Assembly (NCBI GenBank): GCA_964187785.1
Contig: OZ076409.1
Coordinates: forward strand, 79,424,001-79,488,000
Source: Amphiscolops sp. MND2022
Lineage: Eukaryota
DNA length: 64,000 nt
Direction of reading: 5' to 3'
Shown: positions 24,998 through 37,519 of the stretch, piece after piece
How positions within the stretch are numbered: the first letter of the stretch is position 1
Layout of the letters: each line of letters starts with the position of its first letter
Notes under the pieces: generated by a model
The model's input: the letters and a program-made list of their open reading frames with translations, nothing else
Database searches by the model: none
What the model was told of the DNA's origin: nothing
Position numbers and translations under genes: made by a program

Positions 24998-25462
24998 TAG
25001 AGGTGGGCGCCGGTACTATTCTTTTCAGGGGCGGTGTGAGGCCAAAAATCGATTGGCGGCGGCGTCGTCGCCGGCGTGAAAACAATAAGTCGATAACAAA
25101 AATTGTTCACGTACTGTGTCTGTGGGACGTCTAATTTTACAAAAATTTGCTCCTACATCAAACTTTAGTTGTAAATACAAGTTTTTGAAAGTGATATTAC
25201 AAAGCTCTGAAATTGTTTGCAAAACTGATTTTGAAGTTTCTTTAATAATATTTTTGATTTCCTCCAGAACGTTTTTGATTTCCTCCAGAATCACTCGGGT
25301 TTCAAGCTAATTTGTTTTCAGTCCAAATCATTTTTACAATCAGGGGTCCATTTCATGTATTACAGTATGACATGTGTTCACGCCGGCGTACGCCCAAATA
25401 CATCGGCGTGAACGGCGCGGAGGTCAACCAAGTCGGCGGAAGCGGCGTGACGTCCACCTCTA
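24998..25462. mobile_element. hAT-type MITE
   Basis: TIR TAGAGGTGGGCG / CGTCCACCTCTA; flanks CTACGTAG / CTACATAT (6/8 match); CGGCG-rich subterminal repeats. Confidence 0.65.
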
Positions 25463-25736
25463 CTACATATTAACCTCCAATCTACTGACATCAACAAACA
25501 TTAAAACTGCATCCCAAGTTGACGATAATAAGTGTCCAGTCAAAAAATCTGGAATACCTGAAAACGAAGTTTTGAAATAGCTGAAAACTCTGCTGACAAC
25601 AATGAATGAAACCGAATCATTATAGTCCGAATAATACCCAACATTTTACATGCAGTAAAAACTCCCGTCGAGTGGGAATATAAATTGAAGGAAGAGCCCA
25701 GAAAATTCTATTAATTTCGATATTTTCGGGGGTTTC

Positions 25737-28700
25737 ACGCACCTATCTATCAACTATTTTTTAACGCACCCCTGTCTATCATTTCTTGAGCTCGAAGAGT
25801 CTGAATTGAAACATCCGGGTATTTATCTTTAAACATCTTTCTCGCGGGTTCTCACACCGAAAGGAATAGCCAGGTTACTAGTTTCTTTTCTGTCGCTTCT
25901 TACGCCATATCCGCAATTGGTGCCTTTACCCTGGGATGATCAGCGTCCACCATTCTTGTCAAATCCTCGACAGAAATGGAATATTTGGCCATGACAGCCA
26001 CAGTGAAAAGGTCTAACCATCTCTCCCATTCCATTGCAGAGGATTTCGTGGGGTCAGACCAAAATAACGGCAACCCTGGCAGTAACGAACGGTGATTTTC
26101 TCTCTGGAGAGACGCTGTATCTGCTCGCAAGACTTTGAAGAAGTAAGATGTTGAAGTAAGACTTTGAGAAAGAAAGCAGGAATAGATGATGAAGAATGAA
26201 TTAGCAACTAGATAGCAATGTAAAAGCAACATCATTTGAATGTCTGAATTTCATCGATGTCTAACATTGTTTGCAGGTGTTAGTGATTAAAATGTTCACA
26301 CATATACGTTTTGTCAATCTATCACACTCCCCGTTTTTTAAACAAACTTTGGGATACTAACTTTTCATCAATCTAGTTTCATTCAAGTTTTTACATGGTA
26401 TCGTTATCACTTGTATTCATTTCAGATTACACGACTCCTTTGAGATTCTTTTGGGCTCATTTGTTTGGTTCCGCTTCCAGTTTCCCATTATCTTCAACCT
26501 GCATCACGACGTCAACCCCATATCGTCGGGTCGTCTTTTTCTGGGCTCTCTTTCACTTTCATCGGTCCACTCCACCAATGCTTTTCCGTTAGCGTTTCGT
26601 TAGCCACCTTCTCCTTGTGGTTTTTCATTTTCTTAGGAGTACCAATTTTTCCGGTTCTGCTCTTTCTTTCAAGCTGACCTCATTTTTCTTCTCTGACTTC
26701 TTGCCCACGTTCTCCACTTGAGTACTCTCATCTATTTCGCTCGTTCTGGAACTAGTGTTGTTGGACGTGAAAGTTATCGTCGTCTTCTTCTTCCGACATG
26801 ACATAGACTTCGTCGTCCGTTGTTTCTTCTCCGTTGAGACTTGTGGCCCCCATTGTCCCGGCTTCTTCGGTGTTAGCTTTGACAACATCTCGTTTTGCTT
26901 CACTGCCTCTTTCTTACTCTTTTTGGGCAAGAATGTTATGATGTGTGCTGTTTCCTTCAGCACTATCCCCACTTTTCTTTTATAAGACCCTCTAGTTCTG
27001 ACCCCTTTGTTCGCTCTCGAACTGAGATTGCCGAGTCTATCTCCACCTGAAAATCTGAGACGCTGAAGGCTAGCTTGGACTCTCTTTCTGGAACATTTTC
27101 AGTTCGTTCGACTACATTACTGTTTACGGTATTCGGTTTCCGTCCGTATACTTTTTCAAAGGGCGGTTTTCCATCCGCCTTTTGGCCCGTTAGCAATGTG
27201 TACAATAATTCGCATAAACCGGGTTTGTCTCGCTTTAAGATAATATTTTTATTTGTTCTCAAGCGTTCAATAATCGTTCGGATCAATCTCTCAGTTTTGC
27301 TGTTTCTGGACAGGTTATGTGTTTTATCTGGAACTGGCTACAAAATAGTTTAAATCCCTCACTAGTAACTACTGACCCTGGGTCCGTTCTAATCTGTTTT
27401 GGTATACCCTTTGAGCTATACAGTTTTTCAAAAAATCTATAACATTCTTCGTCGCTGGTTGGTTTATGTAAAAATAGGGCGTCTGGCCAAGCGGAGTAAT
27501 TATCAATTGTCACTAACAATAATTTTGTTCTGTGTTCCGCGTTTTGAAAACGGCCTGCAAAATCAAACGCGATTTCTTCGTTTGGTTCTAACGATTTTGG
27601 TATTCCTTCAAAGTGGTTTTGTTTTTTCAAAGATTAAACTTTTTTTACCTGTTTGAGAGCATTGTTCGCAACAATTGCGGTATTGATGACTTATCTTTGA
27701 ATTTTGGGCCACCAGAAGTCCGGAATATAACGCAGCATAGTGTCCCGGCACGGGTAACCATAATGTAACGAACTCATAATCGAAGCACGTGAATTGAACG
27801 GGATAACTAGTCTTTCGTCCATAAAAAGAAAATCGCGTTCGCCTATACTAAAAGAATTGAATTTATCTCGTCAAGGTGCCGGTAGTCGCGAGAGTTTAGC
27901 TCCATCCTTTCATTTTACTAATGTTATGATTTTTTGAAGCATTTTATTGGCTTGGTAATTCGCCGGAAGATACGAATTATTCCTTTTCTCATACATTCAG
28001 ATGCGGCATTTTCGCGGTTTTGTTTATTTCGTCACGTTGACTAATTTTGGAATTATTGTTAGCTGCAATGATTTTCCTTTCGCGTTCTCTTACTTTACTA
28101 TCCAGCGATTTGATTGGTTGATTACCTTCATGTTTTCTCGCCGTCTTGACTGTCGCTCACTGTGTTTACTTTCCACGCCAAGTACCGAGTCCGGCGCCTG
28201 CGGCAGTTTCATCGATTTTGTCAAATCCGACGGGGTTGTCTCTTCCTCTGAAATAGCAATGTTTTTGCTAACTGGTCATTACTGTGAACCAATCACTCCA
28301 TAGTTTTCCCGTGTTCACTGAATTTTCTTTTATTTCATTGGGTGTCTAGACAGGTTCTCCTCAAAACCTATTACTCCGCCTGGTGCTTGAGTAATTTCAA
28401 ATTCAGATGGCAGCAATGTATCAACCCATCTCGATAGTCTACTAGAGAACGTTTTATTCCCTCTATTGGGTTTAATTCTGATGCTAACCTCTTATGATCA
28501 GAAATCACTTGAAATATTACTCCTTACACGTAATTTTTGAAAAGCTCGATTGCCCATACGACGGTTAATAACTCTAGCTTGTTATTTGAGTATTTAGCTT
28601 CGGAATCCGTTAAAAATCTTGACGCAAGTGACACTGGTTTCCATTCTTGGTTCTCTTGCTGCTGTTGGACTACCGCTTTAACCGCTTTTTGCTAGCGTCG

Positions 28701-31235
28701 CTTATAAATCCTATTTTTCTATTTCGTTTCAAATGTGTCAGTTCCGTAATTCTTCGAACATCTTGGTTACCTTTAAAAAAGGGGTAACCTTCTTCGAAAT
28801 TGATCTAAATGGTGCGCAGATGTTAGCTAACTTTGAGACAAATTTTTTATTCAGTTGATTGCCCCCAAGAATGATCTAAGTTCTTTCAAATTACTCGGCC
28901 TTAGCCTTTCCGTAATCCCTTGAACTTTGCCATTTACTGGGGCAATGCTTTCCCGTGACAATTCGTACCCCAGCCACTCAATTTTTGAACACGCTATTTG
29001 AAAATTTATCAGCTCTCAAATAACTTTATTCAACACTTCTAATACCTACCAAATTTTTTGCATATGTACATTTTTTTCACTCTTTGTAACAATTGAAAAA
29101 CAATTAAATAGTCGTCTATATACACAAACGTGCAATCCATATTTACAAGTGTTATGTCCAATAGTTTTTGGAATTCAGTCGGCATTTTTGTTAGTCCGTA
29201 GTAGCCTGTCACAAGTCTATATGTACCAGTTGATTTTCCGCCCATAATTCGGAAGTTACAGTAGTGTTTTGCCGTACTTTCATCTAGCGGAACTTGTCCA
29301 TAAGTATACTTTCAAATCCACTGACGAATATAACACTTGGCCGTCTTTGCCGTCAATTTTTTCTGCAATCAGGTTCGTTAAATTTTCGAGATTTAGCATC
29401 TGAAACTTATCTCTTTCTATTGAGTTATTCAATGCGCGCGCATCTAAGGCTAATTTTACAGACCCGGTCTTTTTTCACCGTTATTACCACAGGTTTTATA
29501 AGAACCTCATCTTTTAGGTTTTTACTTTTTCAATATGTCGTTATTCCAATAGATTTTTAATTTCTTGATCTACTTGTTCTTGCAGCTGCATTGGAATTCT
29601 CTGCCCCTTTTGCTGATTTACTTGCGTACCGTCCTTTCTTTCTACTTTTATTTTATATTTGTTTTCTCTACCGCGTCTCTTGAATAGATTTGGAAACTCT
29701 TCAACTATTTGTTTTGCGTCCGGACTTATTTTCAGGTTCTGTGCTTTCACAGAAAATGCTATTTACTGAATTCTCACCTTTCGCGGTTGGTTGCTCGATA
29801 TTTTACTTTGGTGCTGTGAGACAATCACCGCCGACAATGGACTTCGATCCCTTCTTTGCAACCAGCACCCTCGCTTCTGACATTCTTGTCTTTCCCACTT
29901 ACACACTCACAAACATGTATCTCAGTAATGGTACAGGGCGTCTATTGAAATCCGTGTATCTTTGGTTGTCGATCATTTTTCTAACCACGACCCAGTGTTC
30001 TCCAATGATTTTCTTGAGCTCGTCAACTGCAAATATGGATACTCGCAATCCCGTGTCAATAATCGTTTTGAATTTTTACCGCACATCAGGCCTTCCATCA
30101 GGAAGGGTTTCACTCCAGCGCCTTCTACTTGCAGTTCTCTCATCGTCTTCTAGTTTTTCGGAGTCTCCTGATACATAGGTAATTCTTGGTTGCCTTCTTC
30201 GCCTGTTCTTCAACCTTTGTTTCACTTGCTGTTTTCTCTCGGGATATTTTTGATTGCAGCTCTTTTCCATATGGCCCATACTGTCACCATACTCACAATT
30301 CAGGTCGGTGGCAGGGTATCTCTTTATATGCTCAATGGTAAAATTTACTGCGCAGCAATAAAAGCATTTTCTTTTATTTAACGTCTACAGCAAATACCAG
30401 CTTGTTCTTTATTGCCATTTTCGAGCCTTCTGTCACTCCCACGCCCATTGACTTCTGTCTCTTGCTGCCTTCTTCGAAGGAAATGGTGTATTACAGGTCG
30501 TCTTGAGGATTCTCGTAAGGCTCCACACATTTTCGCCTGCACCTCTTTTTTGTTCATATCCAGGATAAATACGTCGTACATTAGTGTTTGTGTAATATCC
30601 TCCAATTCACATCTAGACGTCAGACTATTTAGTCCGGTTGTTGCTTTCTTGATCACAATTTGTGCATGAACAACGTTCTATTGCGGGAACATGGAAGCAA
30701 CTTACGCACCTATCTATCATTTCTTGAGCTCGGAATGTCCAGACTGAATATTCCGGTTATTCATCTTTGAACACCTTTCTCGCGGGTCCTCCCACCGAAA
30801 GGAATAGCCAGGTTACTAGTTTATTTTTTGTCGCTTCTTACGCCATATCCGCAATTGGTGCCTTTACCCTGGGATGATCAGCGTCCACCATTCTTGTCAA
30901 ATCCTCGACAGAAATGGAATATTTGGCCATGACAGCCACAGTGAAAAGGTCTAACCATCTCTCCCATTCCATTGCAGAGGATTTCGTGGGGTCAGACCAA
31001 AATAACGGCAACCCTGGCAGTAACGAACGGTGATTTTCTCTCTGGAGAGACGCTGTATCTGCTCGCAAGACTTTGAAGAAGTAAGATGTTGAGAAATGGA
31101 CAATGAAGCGTGAATTAGCAACTATATGGCAATGTAAAAGGCAACATTAGATGAATATCTTAACTTTATTGGTGTTTAATATTGTTGGGAGGTGTTGGTA
31201 ATTAAAGTGTTCACACATATGCGTTTTGTCTAACA
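25737..31235 (-). mobile_element. Decayed Ty3/gypsy element (LTR-gag-pol-LTR) followed in tandem by a second truncated gag start
   Basis: LTR-like segments at ~31074-31235 and ~26136-26326, with a polypurine tract (minus AAAAAACGGGGAG) before the latter. gag WERWLDLF occurs twice; protease IIDTG (~30055); RT VYIDD (~29115); RNase H at ~28450-28680; integrase DFAG...IDNYS..RTDPG at 27283-27630. Confidence 0.88.
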
Positions 31236-31459
31236 CTAAGTTTAATTTTCAATGTCAATCTATCACTGGCTCTTCCTTCATGAAGCAACCAAGTCAAAAG
31301 TATTTGAAAGCGGCCTGGGTTTCCCAAAAAGTCTTCGAAAACGAACGCCAACTACTAAAAACACGATTTCGGAACACAACAGAGAATAGCAAAATCAAAA
31401 GAATAAAGCTCTACAATGTACGAAAAGCGATCGGATTAGGATGATTCGAGTTGATCTAT

Positions 31460-32900
31460 TTCAATTACTGCAACATTCAGGGAGTACTCGATATAAAGAA
31501 ACGAACAACTCGTCGGAAAAGTTCATTTGAGAAATGGACAGGTGCTTCTAACGGCAGAAACATGTTTCAAGTCAACTATTCTGGTAACAAAATTCATCAC
31601 TGACGCTCCGGTTCTTTTATTCCGGGCCGATAGAAAATGCGTTGACCCAGGCGGTGTTGCAATTTTTTCTCAACACGACTTCAAAGCACTATTGTTATCT
31701 CCCAAGTCGTATATTTGTTGCTCAAAGCACTCTGAGAAAAACTTGACTATCCTTATTGTTAGTAACTCCGGAAAGAATCCCTAAGGAATGACCAATGAAC
31801 AGATCTTGCAATTCAATCATGTATTTGATTTATCAGTGTTTGAAAGAGTTTTCTTGGTAGCCAACTGATAACATTCTAATCATGGGCGAGTTCAACAATA
31901 AACTAGATTGCGTTTCCTGTCAAGTGTCCTCGTGAAGACCCGAATTCCCTCGAAAATATGTTTGAGAATTTTTTTTCAAAACAGAGATAGACAAACACAT
32001 GAAACTCTAAAAACCACCGACCTCATCTTTCGTTTCTTTTTTCCTCCTGTGAACATCAATGGACTATAGTTCCGATCTGATTGAGCAATTCGACAATCTC
32101 AACTCTCTTTTTTTCGGAAAAATGGTAAAAGTCTATTGCCTACTTATTTTAGTCCTCACAGTGTACATTTGTTCCACAATTTTGAGTTTGTACTGCTGGG
32201 ACCAAAAAAGCATAAATGTTTTTTTTGGAATGAAATTACAGCTTATTGATACCATTGAGCTAGATACCCACTGTTTGGTGAACAGCTTTCCAAAACTTAT
32301 TCAGAGCTTAACCTGAAAACTTGAACTGAAAAAAGTGATAGCGACATCTAACATGTACCAATTCAAATAATTCGAAACAATAAACAATAGAAAAGCAGTT
32401 GCCGCATTGCTTCAGCCTTTATCGACTTCATTTCTGAACACATTCGGCAGTTTCATGCCAGTTAATTTCTCATTTCAAAATCAGCACTCTGGCGGTTGGA
32501 ATTGATGAAATATCAAACGCGATATCAGCATGCAGCTTGGGTTGGTTGTGGGCATGATCAGCTCAGTCATTCGTGGTCATTCGAAAACGTTTACATGAAA
32601 CTTTCACGAAAGAAAGCAGAAAAAAAACGACTTCGAAATCTAACTATCATCCTTTATCAAATATTTCAAAAAATCTCTTTTGAGAGACTGCTTTTTCGAA
32701 GCTTTACTAAAACTAAAACCACACTTCCACAACAACGAAAATGGGTTTCTAAAAAGTATCTACCACAACTAAGGAGCTATTTGAACTCCTTCGGGACACC
32801 TTTGACGGAAATAAAGACGTCTATACCTAAACTTGAATTTCAAAAAGTCTTTTGATAAGGTCCCGAATCTTTTTACAGAAGAAAACAAAAACTTTTGAAT
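31460..32900 (+). mobile_element. Highly degenerate CR1/L2-like LINE fragment
   Basis: APE-endonuclease-like LTAET...FRADR...GGVAI (31527-31784) and RT-like LEFQKVF*KVP (~32830-32865). Confidence 0.5.
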
Positions 32901-33728
32901 TCTCGGTACTTGCTGAACCACTCATGATTGTTTTAGAAAACGAAGAAGTTTTTCCTATACACTTTATTCCTTTTCCCTGGGATTTGTGTGTGCATCACCG
33001 AAAACTTTGCCTTCTGTAATCCATGTATTCCTTTGTTTTTGCACGATGTCTGTGGACTCTCCGATCTCTCTTCCTTTGGCTCCTGGGGTTTACATTCTTC
33101 CGCCGGTAGTGTCATGATCTATAACAAAACCTCTAACATAGACATGCCCAAAGATGGTACGGCCCAATTAGAAGAATAACCAATAAGAAGATGCCATGAG
33201 ATGTAACTGGAACAGAGAACAGAAAGAGAACACTTGAACAAAAAACTTGCTGATAATCTACCGACACTGGACTGGAGTCAATAGTCCGTACACTGATAAA
33301 CTTTCTCAACTTGTGAATTTTTAACCTCTACTGCTTGTTTCTTATGACTCTACAAAAATTTATAATTCTCTGTGCGAAACTTTGATTAAAAAACTCAATT
33401 TCTAACTGAACTTGATAAAAAGAGAACTCCCAGCAGAACGCATCTTTGAAAATAAAACAAAAGATGATCATGTATGAATCACAAATTCATCACAATTCAA
33501 TGAAAATGGCCGAGTCCTTCGGCTCGAAATCCAATTATGACACGGTGACAGGAGTCATTTCTCACCGTTGTGACTGTTGATCAACAACCATTAAATCTTC
33601 ACAATTCAATAATCCATTTTCCATCTCTCTCCAAAGAAAACCAAGAAACAAATTCAGTCAACAATCAACTCCGGAAAAATATTTCTTTTCAACTTTTTTT
33701 ACTAACACATTCTTCTTGAAACCGTTTA

Positions 33729-34225
33729 GTGAACTTACAGCCTTTTAAAGACACAGAATCTGAAAACATTGAAGAATTCTTCAGACAAATAGGTAGCTGT
33801 CTACAAGTCGCTGGTATACATGATGACAATAATCATCAATACCTGCACCTCCACTCCATACCTTCTTGGATCAATTACCAGATGATACACGTTATGACTT
33901 TGAACAAGCAGTCCAAGCACTCCAAAACCGCTGTAAGAATGACCATAGAGTCCAAATTCATTAACTTATATTCCAGTCACGTAAACTCATTTTTACAGAT
34001 GAATAAGCCCAAGATTCCTCAAGAGAATTTTAACGACTTGCTTTTGAAGCATACCCTGACATTCAACAAAGAGCAGCAGAATGAGGACGCCCAGCAGTTG
34101 CAGCAGAAGGCCGTGCAAGCGAGCGCATCCCACGAGTTTGCTTAATGTTTCATTAACGGAATGCCAATAAAACTTCGACCTTTTGTTCTCACTCAACCTG
34201 GAGACACAACACGCCAGCAATACTA
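33729..34225 (+). mobile_element. Gypsy-type gag fragment
   Basis: ENIEEFFRQIGSCLQVAGI...YLHLH; the downstream frame RLAFEAYPD...FINGMPIKLR resembles 62390-62560. Confidence 0.55.
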
Positions 34226-34299
34226 AAGGAGCGTTCCAATAGGCTTGATGTTGGGAGTAGAGGCTTTCAGCTGTTACAAATCTACTTCAAGATATGTTG

Positions 34300-34950
34300 C
34301 GGTCTCTTAGCGAGCACTTGTGAATCGAAATTGTCCAAATCATCTTCAGTCTCGACACCTTCAACATCTCCGACATTCGTTTTTGAAATTTTTGTCTTGC
34401 CACATGCCCACCAACAGTGAGAGCGTTCTTTCTCCATTCAGGATCTAACAATTCCAATTTCTGCGTTTGTCGCAGCAGTTCGTCAGAAAATAGTCTGGAG
34501 AAAGCCATGTCTTTTCATTGCATTGAAGAGCAAGTGTAACACACTTCATCGGAGTTAGTGCTTTATTCAGCTCCTTTTCTTGGTTGTCCTCCACAGGAGA
34601 GAGTAGTATCTCGATAACACCTGCAATGTGGTGGTCTTCCAGCAACAAGTATCTCTCAAAAATTTGCATACCACTGAGCCAATTGTAGTTTTGTACAGAT
34701 TGGGGCAAAGACTTGAGCGCTTTCGCAGTTCAGCGTTAATTTCTGGAATCCTTAGCTTACCCATCCGCGCAATAACTTTGGAAATTAGCTTTTACCATGT
34801 TGCTTCAGATATTCTTTTCCTGCCAAAGCGAGCCGAAGGGAATGATTGCCCATGGAGAGATACTTCACACAAGCGAGCAAATGTCTTGTTCGTTTCATAA
34901 TTGTCGGCAGTAATAATTCCAACATCGTCGGACTGGATTGAATTAAAAAC
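34300..34950 (-). mobile_element. Degenerate hAT-like transposase fragment
   Basis: Broken frames giving ADNYETNK, MGKLR...AELRK, WLSGMQIFERY and VTLALQ in the order expected for hAT transposases. Confidence 0.5.
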
Positions 34951-35006
34951 AAACTATAACTAATCTACGTCACAGCTTCGCCAATACGACTAGAAACCAT
35001 TCCAAC

Positions 35007-35221
35007 TTTACGTCCACGCTACGTTCACTATAAGTGCGGACTAAGTCTAATATCAAGTTCACGTCCACGCTACGTCCACTATAAAGGCGGACTAAGTCTA
35101 ATACCAAATTTACGTCCACGCTACGTCCACTATAATGGCGGACTAAATCTTATACCAAATTTACGTCCACGTTACGTAAACTACATTAGCGGACTAGGTA
35201 TAAGATCAAACTTACGTCCAC
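35007..35221. repeat. Minisatellite, 51-bp unit, ~4.2 copies
   Basis: Units begin at 35007, 35058, 35109, 35160 and 35211 (TTTACGTCCACGCTACGTCCACTATAA..GCGGACTAAGTCTAATACCAAA). Confidence 0.92.
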
Positions 35222-36639
35222 TCTACCATCCAAATTTACGAAATTAGACGTTTTAGTCAGTATTAAATTAAAAAGAAGCCTTATTTTACTACGGTAAAAC
35301 TAATCGAAGATAGAATATAATCAACGTCAACACTACGTCGCAATGTAACAAAGCAAGACAAATTTTGGATCTACGTCAACGCTACGTCAGCTAAAAAACT
35401 AGTTGTTGAGAAAACACATTTCTACGTCAGTATTGCGTCGACTAAGATTAAATTCGAACGGAACATGGTATCTAAACCAGCTCTTTTTTCAGACTAACTT
35501 AAAATAACAGTATTTTAACGCTATTTAAACTGGAGAGTCACAGTTTATATTCAATTTGTGTTGATGAAGTGCAGTCTAAGCAGGCTTTTTAATTGTATGC
35601 TTTGATTACCCAATTTTAAAAAATCATTGGCTGTTTGACGATGTCACGTCGTCCTTTATTGTTGCCCAAAGGTGTTGCTCTTAACTTTAATCAGATAAAT
35701 AATCAGTAATGGTTGAAATGTTTAATTGTTTAGCCTCATGTAAATCAGTCGCTCTCTTAGCATCACCAAATTGCCTAATCAAGATATTTTTTCATAATTT
35801 CTCAAGTTGAAATTCACATACAGGTATTAGTTGTTCACGCCAACGTTAGCTTCGCGTCAAAGTTCCCGCAAACCAAAGCAGGAAAACAGGGAAACATTTC
35901 TGGTTTGACAGACTGAAGTAAAGTCTACTTCCTGCTTGGGAAGAAATAAAAAGACGCTGGAACCAAATGATTTGCCACAGGCTGATGACTAATATCAATC
36001 TAACTATGGAAATAACACAAAAATTGGCGAAATGCTGACGCAGATCAAAATTTTGCCTCGAAAATACAGGAAGTGACTACATCTAGAGGAAATTCATGGT
36101 ACGCTGATATGAACAAATGATGCTAGGAGGGTATAAGTAGTTTGTACTTGTAAAATTATTCATTCAAAATTGTTCTTCAATCTGTGATCCAACGTTGTTT
36201 TCAATTTCGATTTAATCTCAACCTTTGTAAAGCGCAAAAACTAAACGCTAAATGTGAAATACAATTTACAAACCAATCATATCTTCACCAAGATGTCAAC
36301 TAGAAGTCGGTAAAGGAAAATCGTCCAGCAAGTGAGCAACACAAACAACCCGAAATAGCGAAATGAACAAAGTTCGTAACATGGCGACAGGAGTTTTGGA
36401 CCACTCAACAAATGTTCAAGAACACCTCAGAACAAGCTACCGTCCAAACATCGTCCCTCCACACCGCGGAAACTCTGCGCCCTGAAATTGAACACGAACG
36501 TAAACTAATCCAACGCCGAATTCCCAAGGAAATATTCGAACTCATCGAGTGTGAAGAATTTTGACCCAACGAAAACTGCAGCTTCACCAAGGAAACGATA
36601 TGTTCCAAAATGAAGACTCCATTCTAAATGGCAATAGTA

Positions 36640-36990
36640 TTCCACCATAGTCGAATACAATGACATCTATACGAGAAACCGACTCAACATTGGAGTCTAC
36701 AACACTTTCAAAGTGAAATTAACCCACAGAACGACAGCTTCGTCTACACCCAAAGTCTAGCTGTACCCCTAAATCTCATAAAAGACCTCACAGTCGCACT
36801 TGCACCTATGCGATAACCATCACCCTCCCATTTTTCAAACCCGCAAACCCCATAACTAAGCTACGCAACCCAAAGGGCAATCGGAGACTTGTTGACCTAC
36901 TCATGATAAACGAGTTGAAAATCGACGACTACAATAACAGCAACTATCCCGTCAGTACATCGTCAGTTGCAGTCCAACACTTGTCGAGGA
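36640..36990 (+). mobile_element. Degenerate gypsy RT 5' fragment
   Basis: VYTQSLAVPLNL... and INELKIDDYNNSNYPVSTSSVAVQHL resemble the N-terminal part of gypsy RT. Confidence 0.5.
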
Positions 36991-37298
36991 CATCGATTAC
37001 CACAAAACGTGGTTCCAAAAGCTGGCAACATGCTCTGTGGGAGTTACTTTCCCCCCGATACACGTGAATTAGCTCACAATCGTGAGTAAAAAACAGACTC
37101 TTCTGAGGCTGAGATGTGCGGTAACAAGATGACAATGGCGTAGTCGCTGAAGCACACAATCCTGACGAGAGAGACGCGTCAGAAAATCTAATCTCTGGAA
37201 ACACTGATCGAGAAAGTATTAAACACAGAAACTTGATGGAACGACGAATTTTACAAACCTAAATGTTGTTGAATAACCAGCGCGTCAGCGTCAAGTAT

Positions 37299-37498
37299 NN
37301 NNNNNNNNNNNNNNNNNNNNNNNNNNNNNNNNNNNNNNNNNNNNNNNNNNNNNNNNNNNNNNNNNNNNNNNNNNNNNNNNNNNNNNNNNNNNNNNNNNNN
37401 NNNNNNNNNNNNNNNNNNNNNNNNNNNNNNNNNNNNNNNNNNNNNNNNNNNNNNNNNNNNNNNNNNNNNNNNNNNNNNNNNNNNNNNNNNNNNNNNNN
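37299..37498. other. Assembly gap (200 N)
   Basis: Run of N bases. Confidence 0.99.
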
Positions 37499-37519
37499 AC
37501 ATGTCAAACAGTAGTCATT

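Noticed and set aside
35007..35221. Possible CRISPR-like array
   Set aside because: Whole 51-bp units repeat without unique spacers, no cas genes are present, and the context is eukaryotic.
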